Under the pieces are notes generated by a model. The model saw only the letters and a list, made by a program, of their open reading frames with translations, made no database searches and was not told the origin of the DNA. Of a DNA stretch of 20,000 bases, positions 10,215-19,896 are shown piece after piece (position 1 is the first letter of the stretch; every line of letters begins with the position of its first letter). The translations under genes were made by a program, and so were the position numbers. This stretch comes from Ancylonema sp. (Eukaryota): assembly GCA_050230475.1 (NCBI GenBank), contig JBFLGF010000121.1, forward strand, positions 46,816 to 66,815. The letters run 5' to 3'.

Positions 10215-10764
10215 CGTACCGTACCGGCCAGATTTATACCCTTAAAATTTCAAAAATAATTAATTAAATAACCCCTACCCCTTCAACCCCTACCCCCATA
10301 ACAATCAATAAACGTCCCCTACCCCATCCAAAACCCCTAAACTTGTAAGTGATTATGGTCCCCCACCCCCAGAACAATTAATAAACGTCCCCTACCCCCT
10401 CCCCTACCCCTAAAATTGTAATTAATATAATCCCCTACCTTGACCTACCCCTGGTAATTAATTATTAGGGTATAAATCTGGCCGGTAAGGTACGTTCTAC
10501 ATTTTTTTAAGTGAAAAAAAAAACTGAAGAAACACCGAAAATTATTGAAAAATCGAAAATTCAAATCGCCCTACCCCCTACCGATCCCTACCGATCCCTA
10601 CCGGTTCCTCCCTACCGTCCTATCCCCTACCGAGCCATCCGCGGGTGGGCTAATTCCCTAGCCCCTATTGCATATCTGGGCACTGGTACCTACCGCAGTA
10701 GCTACCGCGGTAGGGCGGTAGCGTGGTAGGGAGTAGGGCGGTAGGAGGGTAGCAGCCAACCCTA
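10215..10764. repeat. Composite of DNA-transposon terminal/subterminal fragments: 28-bp inverted repeat, ~73-bp tandem unit, CCCTAC/GTAGGG arrays
   Basis: 10215-10242 matches 10467-10494 inverted at 27/28. AACAAT(C/T)AATAAACGTCCCCTACCCC occurs at 10300 and 10373. Many CCCTACC copies switch to the GGTAGGG orientation after ~10705, and the block ends in ...AACCCTA. Confidence 0.7.
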
Positions 10765-10832
10765 GAACGGTGAACGGTAAACGGATCGCAAACTTATCCG
10801 CCTGCGGGCGTAAAAAAGGGATGTGATATGTC

Positions 10833-11283
10833 TAGTGTGCGGGGAGCCCAACGAAACCCTTTGGGCTCCGGGCTCTGCTGTAGCCGAGCCCAAGATCGCG
10901 GCTCTGGGCTCATTTCGGGAGCCGGGAGCCCGGAGCCCGGAGCCCAATATCTGGGCTCAGATCTTACCCGGAGCCCGGCTCGGAGCCCAAAATTCACCCA
11001 CAAAAAAAAAAAAAAAAAAAAAAAAAAAACATCATTTCCCTCCTCATGATCTGTCATTTCTCTCCTGATGATCTGGCCGTAGGATCCGTTTGCTTTCCCG
11101 CATTTTTCATGAATTCATGAATCATGGGTTCCGAGCCCGGATCTGAGCTCAGATCCGAGCTCCGACATGGGCTCCGGCGTTTAGCTCGGAGCCTGAGGAA
11201 AAACACCCCTTCGGACTCCGGGCTTAATGAGCCCGGATCTTGGGCTCATTGGAATCATTCGGCTCCGGGCTCCCCGCACACTA
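10833..11283. mobile_element. Non-autonomous hAT-superfamily MITE (451 bp)
   Basis: Perfect 17-bp TIR TAGTGTGCGGGGAGCCC (10833-10849 / 11267-11283), perfect 8-bp TSD GATATGTC (10825-10832 / 11284-11291), and dense GAGCCC/GGGCTC subterminal motifs in both orientations. Confidence 0.93.
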
Positions 11284-11308
11284 GATATGTCCCGCCCGCG
11301 GGTGGGTA

Positions 11309-12275
11309 CAGTACTCCCTCGATATAACGGCATTTCTTTTCCCATAGAAAGTGTCCTTCTATCGAGATGTCCTTATATAGTGTATAAAGACAGTCACGAC
11401 TGGATTTCGAAATGTGTGTCCTTATATCGAGGGACTTCGTGAATGAAGCGAAATAAATAATCAAATATGTTGTTTACATGTTGCCAATAGTAAGTTGCTT
11501 CGGCATCATCATCCAATCCAACGTGTGTGATGTGATGCAAGCTATACAAGTGCGTAATGAGACCAATACATTGCGACAAGAGAATATATTTAACCATCCT
11601 TACGCGGAGAGTTAAGGAGGGTTGGAAAGTCCTAGGTCGTACTAAGCAACAAAGTACTCGCATACGTTGTTGGACATGGAGTAAACACTAAGGTCATGAA
11701 CAACATAAACACTTGTTGGAAGGCAAGACATACCAATACTTGGCATGAAGGACACTATAGTAATTCCGAATTTTGAACCGCAAACAAAATGCACAAATCT
11801 AATACATTCCAACAAACGAGATTCATCCAAATCCTTGTGCACATTTTCGTGATTTGAAATAGATTACAAGATTGTCAGCAACAACTTTCAACATGGCATA
11901 ACAAACGGACACACATACTAATATCGACATGATTGGATCCTAAGTTGCATGAAAGAAACGTTGAATATGAGTTTGCACCCATACCTTTCATCATTTGCAT
12001 CAATGTTATTTTGTAATTTTTGTTCTCTATTTTTATGTTTTTGTTCTCGATTCCCATATTTCGATATATGCGAGAAATAACGTTCTATACACAATATAAG
12101 GACATTCAGTAACAAAATTCTAAATTTATAATTTATGAAGTCGTTGTCTTTATACAGAGTGTCGCTATGCTCATATCGAGGGCAATTTTGTATTGATTTT
12201 AATAAGAGTTCGAAAAACGGGTCCTTATATCGAGGTTGTCCTCATAAAGAAGTTCCTCATATCGAGGGAGCACTG
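11309..12275. mobile_element. Non-autonomous Tc1/mariner (pogo/Tigger-like) element (967 bp)
   Basis: TA TSD on both sides (11307-8, 12276-7). TIRs are CAGTACTCCCTCGATATAACG and CAGTGCTCCCTCGATATGAGG (18/21). The subterminal motif GTCCTTATATCGAGG is repeated near both ends. No transposase ORF. Confidence 0.9.
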
Positions 12276-12630
12276 TACACCCTACCGCACTGAACCTGAA
12301 GCCTGAAGCAAGGAAAAAAACACTTTTCTTGTTTTTAGGGTAATTGAGCTGAGGTGCGGAGAAAGCCATTTTTGCAGCTGGTAGTGGTGGAATGTTTTCG
12401 CGAGCGTTTTTGACTCCCATGCCCAGATCTACTGGCGCAATTATGCGTAGAAGTGTGACATAGGTTCTATAATACGAAAGTTTGTTAGAATTTGTTCGCA
12501 TACTGTGTACCTGGTGTAGCTCCGATATGTAATTCTCGGCGTTTGGTAGAAGCTCGTACCTATTTACCGAGTAAAGCCGTATTATAATATTTTGTCAGTG
12601 GGGTTGATAGCGCATTCTGTCTTCTCACCT

Positions 12631-15600
12631 ATGACCGCGATGGCGAAACGGCAGGAAAACCGGGCTTTCGCAGCAAAGGCTCCAATCATCGACGATGCTC
12701 GCTTTGCCAGGCTTCACTCAGACCCCAGATTTCAGGCAAGGCCTTCCCCGACAGTGTTGGGCAAACCTACACCTCACATGTGTCCGGCTTTGCTCTAGTG
12801 ATGTTGCGAAGGGGCATTTAGTGAATATCGACAGTTAGGTGAAGTTTCGTGAGAGTGCTAGCTCCCGCACGTTCCAAGCCAACAGTAATATTAATGAAAT
12901 TACCCTAAATGATCAGCTCATCCGCTCCTCCTGCATTTGCGCTGTTTCGTTCAACGTTGGAAACTTGCTCTGCGATTACGTGAAGCCTCCTAGGCAATAG
13001 CAGTATCATCGTTGATTTTGATACAACTTCAGAAGTACAGGGTGTGTCCTTTCTCCTTCTGAAAGACACCAGTACTCATCTTGTCTTTAATGCCGTCCCC
13101 ACTGCAGAGACTGCCAAAGGGAAAGGGGCAGGTGGAAATCGACTCCCGTTTCGCTTCCGTCTTCACCAATAAAAATTTTGCCCCCGACTTCTCCGTGGAT
13201 AAGCGTGGCCGGCAAGTGAAGAAAAAGAGCGGGGAGAACCTGGCACGATACTATCGCTTGGAGGGCGGTAGCAAAACAGGCGGATCCGAAAAACAGATTT
13301 CCTTGCCGCATGCGAAGGGGAGAGATGGGCAGAAGCAGTCTAAGAGTAATTCAAAGGTCCCGGGTGAAGCCGGCCGGGATGAAACGGGGCCTTCATTCGG
13401 AACGGAAGAGGAGGACGAGGCTTCGGAGGAGAAAGTGATACTCCGAGGCGAACACAGGCCATCCCTAGGTGAGAAAGACGACAAGGAGGAGGAGGAGGAG
13501 GTCAAGGAGGAGGCTGAAGCGCAGGAAGTTGAAGGGGGCGCTGCCTCGACCTCGTCCTCCTCCTCTGATGAGGACAGCGACATCGATGGGGTGGCGGAGG
13601 AGGAGGAGGACGAGGTGCGCTGAGGTGCCTCTACCTTCAACTGCTGGTGCTCCCATGGACACATCTTGTGTGCAGCATGTTTGGGGGAGGAGGATTGAGT
13701 ACGAGGGCCATGGGGTCATGGGGAAGCAGGAGGAGGCTGCAGTCGCACGCACAGAGGAGGCCACACGACGCCTGGCTGTCATGAATCTGGACTGGGAGCA
13801 TGTCCGGGTACGTTCTACAGTGCCTTGCCTGTGGAGAAGCCTCTGACAGCGTGTTCCTGACTTTCAGGCGATGGATCTTCTCGTGCTCCTGCGCTCCTTT
13901 CTGCCCAACGGTGGCACCATCTCCGCTGTCGCCGTGTTCCCCACCTTGTTCGGGTGGGAGCAGATGGAGGAGGAGCAGAAGAACGGGCCCACGTGTCTGG
14001 CCGGGGGGAAGACGGAGGTGGGGAAGGGCGAGGAGGAGGAGGAGGAAGAGGAGGAGGAGGAGGAGGAAGAGGCGCAAGACCCGATTAGTGTCAACAACCG
14101 ACTGCGGAAGTACGAGAAGCAGCGGTTGCAGTGAGTGCCTGCCTGCCCTTGAAAGCTACAGAACCTTGGTCGCATCTTGGGCGCAGGTGATTCCAATAGA
14201 GGCGGTTTTCTGGGGTTTGGGGTTCAGGTACTACTTTGCGGTGGTCGAATGCGATTCCGCGTCGACGGCCAATGTGGTCTACGAGGCCTGCGACGGAATG
14301 GAGTTTGAGCGATCCTCCAACCTACTCGACCTGCGCTTCATTCCGGACGATATGGAGGCCGCTCCAGGGAGAGAGGCGAGGGACACAGCCACCGAGGTGA
14401 GGGTGGGGGGGGGAGGGGGCTCTGACACAGGGGTGGGGGGGGAGGAATGCCTCCGTGCTGACCTTCAGATATTTCACTGCTGTCTGGCAGGTGGCGGCAA
14501 CATATGAGGCTCCTGATTTCAGCACTCGCGCGTTGCAACACAGCCAGGTGAGGCTGACGTGGGATGACGACGAGCCGTCGCGGGTGAAGGCATTGAGACG
14601 CAAGTTCCAGGCGGATCAGGTGGGGAGCACACGCGGGTAGCCGTGTAGGCTGGGGGTTCCATAGCGGCTGCTTGAATGGTTTGGGGTTTGGGGTTCAGCT
14701 GAACGAGATGGACTTCCATGACTATGTGGCGTCCGGGTCTGAAGGGGAGAGCGGGGGAGGGAGTGAGGGGGAGGAGGAGGAGGAGGAGGGGGAGGTGGAG
14801 GGAGGGGAGGAGGAGACTAGGGCGGCGAGGAGAGAAAAGTATAAGAAACTGTTGTTAGGAGGGGGGGTGGAGAAGGGGGGGGCGAAGAAGAAGGAAGGAA
14901 GGGATGTTGCTGGGGAGGCGGAGGAGGAGGAGGGGGAGGGAGACTTGGAAATCACGTTCAACACGGGACTGAAAGACTTGAATGAGAAACTGGAGCAGAA
15001 GAAGAAGGAGAGAGAGAGGGTGGGGAAAGAGAGTGTGTTTGAAGCGTATTTGAGAACGAGAAAGGAGAAAAGGAAGGCGAAGAAGGAGCAGGGAGTGGGA
15101 GGGGCGGGGGGAGAGCGTGAGGCTGGGGAGTCGGGAGAGGAGGATTTGTATGGTGGGGTTGGTAGGAGAGGGGAGGAAGACCCATTCTTCGCAAATGCGA
15201 TTGAGGAGGGGTTTGATGACCCGTTCTTTGCAGGTGGGGGAAGTGCAGAGGCGGAGCCGGTGAAGGGGGGAAAAGGGAAGGTAGGAGTGGGGGAAAGGGA
15301 GGCTGAGAGGGTCGCGAAGAGGGAGGAGGTGCGAGAAGCAAAGAGGGAGGAGGAGAGGAGGAGGGCAGAGTTGGAGATGTTAGTGATGGAGGGGGGGAAG
15401 GGGGGGAAGGGCGAGGGGGAGGAGAAGGGCAAGGACGAGGGGAGGAAGAAGGGGAAGAAGAAGAAAGGGCGGAAGGGGGACAGAGGGGAGGAAGAGGAAG
15501 GGGGAAAGGGAGCTGATGTGAACTTCGACGACCCGAGATTTGCTGCGGTCCTGAATTCGCATTTGTTTGCCATTGATCCCACAGACCCTCAGTTTAGAAG

Positions 15601-16096
15601 GTGAGGAGGAGGGGGAGGAGAAAGGAGAGGATGCGTATGTGAACCACTAGGAAACTCAGATTCAGATGCAGATCTCAGATCTCAGGAATGATGTATTGAT
15701 GTATTGATGTGTATTGACGGGGGAAAGGGGAAGTAGGAAAGGGGCAGCATGATTCTGACCCCCATGACTGCTATCATATCGATGTCGTTTCTGTTTCCCA
15801 GCTCTGCCGGTCAGCTGAGCATCCTCGCAGAAAAGCAGCGGAGGAGAGTGGAGGCGGCGCAGACTGGGGGGGAGACAGGAAGGGTGAGTGGGGCTGTGCC
15901 AGCGCAGCATGCCACAGCGGCGAAGGAAAAAGGGGAAGGAGATTTAGAGAAGGCACAATTGACATCCATGGTGCGTTCGCTGAAGAGGAAGGCAGAAGCG
16001 CAGGAAAGGGTGATGCTGGGCGCAAATGGGAATGTAACGCCCAAAGCAAATGCTAACGGTAGTGGAATAAAGAAGAAGAAACGCGGGAGTGTGTAG
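12631..16096 (+). CDS. ESF1: Pre-rRNA-processing protein ESF1 (NUC153 domain), ~833 aa. Exons 12631-12735, 13108-13614, 13676-13807, 13868-14130, 14228-14396, 14491-14619, 14699-15600, 15802-16096 (alternative ATG at 12640)
   Basis: Motifs: [99 protein letters not shown], and NUC153 [23 protein letters not shown]. The exons sum to 2502 nt with consistent phases. Confidence 0.95.
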
Positions 16097-16602
16097 GCAT
16101 GCGTTGGGTCGGAGGAGGTGCCCACTCTGGGGAGGTAGTTTCGTTTGCAGCGCTGATATTTGTTGTGGCTCTTCACGGGGGAACACAGACCCCGGAAGTA
16201 ACTAGTGCGATTGGTCGAGCACCAAAAGTTTTATTATGAAAAATTATGAAATGAATCGCAGAATTAAAATATATTGTTATATCGGCCACAATTTTTTTGA
16301 CGGGTAATGGTAGTCATATGTGTCAAATTCAGAAAATTGTTTCGGTCGCAAGGCTCCAATTGATGATCGGTACGTTTCTCGCGTTGGTGCACATGTAAGT
16401 GAATGGCGGTGGCGAAAGTAAACACGCAATTTATTGTATTGATGTGTGCTTTGCGACTCATCAATTTTGGACACGCCCAACTACATTCCATTCACATTCG
16501 TGTTTCGCAAAACACATTACAAGCCCCCACTGCAAGTGATAAATTTAATAATTCAAAAAACAAGTGGGTAATCTCTAGTAACCCTTGAGAACTACTGAAT
16601 TA

Positions 16603-16837
16603 CCGTACTGGCCACACACAATGACCCGCAAATAATTATGAGGGTAGGTCGGGTCAAATTAAACAATTCAATTTTTCAAAAAAGTGGGTCATTCTATGAT
16701 GTGGGTCACCAGATAATAAATATTTTTCAGTATTTTTAGAAATTTTATTTTGGGTGCGCGGGTTGGGTCAAGTGGTGGTTTCTTAGATAGATTAATTCGT
16801 TTTCTAAAACCCGGGTCATTATGTATGGCCACTAGGG
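16603..16837. mobile_element. Small TA-flanked MITE (235 bp), probably Tc1/mariner superfamily
   Basis: 26-bp imperfect TIR CCGTACTGGCCACACACAATGACCCG / CCCTAGTGGCCATACATAATGACCCG (22/26), TA on both sides, AT-rich interior and internal GGGTCA motif copies. Confidence 0.75.
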
Positions 16838-17348
16838 TACATTTGCAAACAGCTCAGGGTTGAGTAATGATGGATAATCCGTAAATTCTGGGAGGGGGGG
16901 TTCCACCTTCACACATCATCTTGTATGGTGGCTCAATGCAGATGCATGGATGCATGCGGGCATCAATATGAAATATAACACCAATCCACCTATCAACATG
17001 TCAGGCCCTCAATTCTCCTCCTTTCATTCTGCCACAACAGCAGCTACTTGCCTCAACTGGCAATCCCAGAAACAGCGCACAGAACATGCAGCTGGTGCAA
17101 GAGCAGTTGATGCATGTATTCCTCCCAGGGCTGCTGAAGCGGGGCTGCCCCGCTTCTCCACCCTCCACCGCAGCCTCACACCCGCAGCCCTCTCCAACTC
17201 CAGATTCGCTGATCATACCCAGCCTGCCTCGCTCTCCATACCTTCTGGTCCCAAACGACATGGCCCCCAAAACTGGGAATCACACATACACTTCACCACT
17301 GTCCTTCTCTCCGTCTCCCCCTCTCTCTCTCTCTCTTTCTCTCTCTAC

Positions 17349-19896
17349 CTATTCTTCTGTCCCCCTTTGGCGTTTTCCTCCTCCCTCCTCTCCCACGTCT
17401 CCTGCCTCCCTACTTCGCCCTCCACCTCCCGCCTGCGTCCCCCCCCCTACGTCAACCCCCCCCCCCCTGGTTGCTCTGGCATTTTCCACCCCCCCTTCCT
17501 GGCGCTCCCTCCCCACCCCCCCCCCCCCCCCCCCTGTGGTCGCTGCCAGATGCATGAGCTGCTGCTGCAGCTCCGTCTGCGGCCTCCGGAGGGCACGCAG
17601 CACAGACTCATGGGGGGCCGAGGCTGGGGCGGGGGGGGGGGGGAGGGGGAGTGCCACTGCGATGCCCCCCTGCAGGTGGTTATGTGCACTGCCACCTGTC
17701 CCCTCCCTTCCCAGCAGGGTGGCCAGGGACAGGCAGGTCTGCAGCCCACCCCCCTCTCCCTCTTCCTGCGCTGACACACTCGCAGTTGCGGATGGTGGGC
17801 GAGGGCCAAACCTGGAATCCACCCAAAGCGGAGCAAGCTGAGTACTTGAAGGCATGCAGACACAGACACAGGGTATAGGGTACAGGGTACAGGGTACAGG
17901 GTAGAGGGTAGAGGGTAGAGGGTAGAGGGTCCTTACTGTGGGGCGGCAGCTGTAGAACAGTGCTTGTTCCACTTGCTAGGTCTGAATATGTGTCCGCAGT
18001 GCGAGCAGTCTGCCGCCGCTGCTGCGATCATTGTTTTACACTCAGGGCACATCCGCTTGCCGCGCAGCCCCCCCCCCCCCCCCTTCCCCTGCTGACCCGA
18101 AGGCCTCCAGGTCTCCCCAACCCCCCTCGCCCACAGGCGGGGAGCACAGGGGGGGAGGAGGTGGGGGTCCACCTCAATACCACCCTCAATCTTCATCCCT
18201 GCCTGCCGCCCCTCCTCCACCTTGGCCTCCTCCCTTACCACCCCCCCCCCCTGCTGCTGCTGCTGCTGCTGCAGCTGCAGCTGGGCAGGGGGCGACTGAG
18301 GGTGCGCCTCCGGGAGCAACTGCAGCGGGGGCGGGGGAGGGGCGCGGTTGGACAAGGTTGGTATGAGCGATTAGGGGGGCGGTGCAGGGGGGGGGGGGCT
18401 CACGGATGCCAGTCTGCCTCGTACGCGCTGCAATAGATGGTGCCACCTGTCCGATCCCTGGGGCGCGGAGAAGGCTTGAAGCATCACTTTCTCCGTCTCC
18501 TCACACTGGACACATCCCCAACTCCATTTCCTGGTTCAGCCCCCAAGGCCCCCCCAGCCCCCCAGCCCGGCCCGCCCTTGCCTGTGCAAGTCGATGTGAG
18601 ATGGTTTCTAGCATCCCAACCTCCTCCCCCCTCCCGCCCTCCCTGTCCGTCTCCACCCGATCCCGCAGCCACCCCAGGGTCTCTTCCCACCGCTGCCTGC
18701 TACAGCTGGCCATGGCACGGCTGTCGGATTCCATCCCCTGGCCTGCTGCCAGCTGTAGGGCCTGGGCAGCACACTGGGCACGGGAGGCGGACAGCTCACA
18801 GCCTGCAGCACTCGGTAGCGCAGACGAGGGGACGTGGAATCAAAATCTCTAGGCACAATCTCCTTGCAGCCTCCCCCACCTCCCAACCTCCCAACCTCCC
18901 AACCTCCCAACCTGCTGACCTGCCACAGCCAGCGCACCCCGGAGTTCGTTCATCCTCCCCTCCTGCTGCTGGCACCTGGCCTCCAGCAAGGTTTGTACGG
19001 TGTCAGTGCGGCTGGCGGGGCTGCCACTGAGGGGGGAACAAAGGGAAAACAGGGATTCGGAACTCGATCGGCCATCGGAATTCTGAATTCTGAGTAGTGA
19101 AGTCTGATCTCTGTCAATCTCTACCAGCCCTGAACCCTGAACCCTGGACGCGCCCGGAACGGTGGGCCCTACATTCTTGCTAGGACGCCCGGCTCCAGAA
19201 GTCGAGACGGTGCCACCAGGCGTCTGCTCTGAGGCCGCGTCACGTGGCTGCCCACCTGGCGGTCACACGTGGGGCCCACATGAGAGTCAGGCCAGGGCGT
19301 GGCCTGCGTGGCAGGTCCAGTCGCAAAAGGCGAGTAAGTCGACTCACTTGGACGTCAGGACCACCCCCAGAGGTCCCATTCGAACTGGTTTCGGGTGGCC
19401 GCGGTTGGAAGGGGCCCTCGGTCTCCTGCGGTTGCGGGGGGTGGCAGGTGAGTTGGCGGACACGTATCGGTTTGGCGGTGCCCTGTACCATCCCACGTAC
19501 ATTTGCGTCTTGCCGGTCCACGTCCGTCGTTGCGCCACTGGCGTTTTCGCGAGGAGGGGCGGGGGGGGATTTGGCCTCGTGATCGTCGTCGGAGAAAACT
19601 GCGTTCAGATCTGGAACCACCCCTGTCTCAAGAGGAGAGGATGGTCCTGAGGGCGGAGTCTCTCCCAGAGTCTTTCGGCTGCTGGAAGCGGGGAAAAAGT
19701 CGAGTGCTTGCAGAGTGGAGGACGTCGCGGGGCCGGGGAGGATCTGCTCTCTACTTTGGAAGGGCTCGGGAAGGGTCTGGGTCCCGCCTTGAAGAATGCC
19801 AGGGTTCGGAAGGCCAACGAGTTGGCAGAGATGCTTTTGCTGCTGCAATAGAAACTCCAATTGACGGCGCAGGTCTTCTTGGGTCATCCTTGGGGT
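17349..19896 (-). CDS. Multi-exon gene of unknown function with a C4 zinc ribbon and low-complexity regions. Tentative exons 19896-19348, ~19247-18920, 18802-18582, 18457-18404, 18319-17937 and a possible further exon ~17844-17349; the 5' end is probably beyond the window
   Basis: Phase-consistent splice sites join protein-like frames: MTQEDLRRQLEFLLQQQK..., TVQTLLEARCQQQEGRMNELRGALAVA|GCELSASRAQ...WEETLGWLRDRV...ISHRLAQ|GSDRWHHLLQRVRGRLAS|LLPEAHP...RGKRMCPECKTMIAAAAADCSHCGHIF. An acceptor (TTTCTGCCCTGCAG) lies 9 nt upstream of the ATG at 19887. Several boundaries and the true stop (17933 vs 17349) are uncertain. Confidence 0.6.
17868..17930. repeat. Telomere-like 7-mer tandem array, 9 units of A(C/T/G)AGGGT
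   Basis: ACAGGGT ATAGGGT ACAGGGT x3 AGAGGGT x4, beginning directly after the minus-strand GTAAGG donor-like site at 17936-17931. Confidence 0.9.
18878..18913. repeat. 8-mer tandem array (ACCTCCCA)4.5 inside a predicted intron
   Basis: Read directly. On the minus (sense) strand it is AGGTTGGG repeated, a few nt after the donor at 18919. Confidence 0.85.

Noticed and set aside
10511..11464. Short ORFs in the MITE cluster, including poly-Lys/poly-Phe frames
   Set aside because: They arise from GC-rich subterminal repeats and the A28 run of non-coding transposons.
10466..12284. One large hAT element from TAGGGTATA (10466) to ...CACCCTA (12284)
   Set aside because: The terminal match is only 8/9 bp, and the flanking 8-mers (TTAATTAT vs CCGCACTG) do not form a TSD.
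14722..15582. Long antisense Ser/Pro/Phe-rich ORFs opposite ESF1
   Set aside because: Shadow frames of the purine-rich Glu/Lys/Gly coding strand.
15688..15760. Intronic C/D-box snoRNA in ESF1 intron 7 (ATGATGT...CTGA)
   Set aside because: The C box is imperfect and part of a TGATGTAT micro-repeat, the terminal stem is minimal, and I recognised no rRNA-complementary guide.
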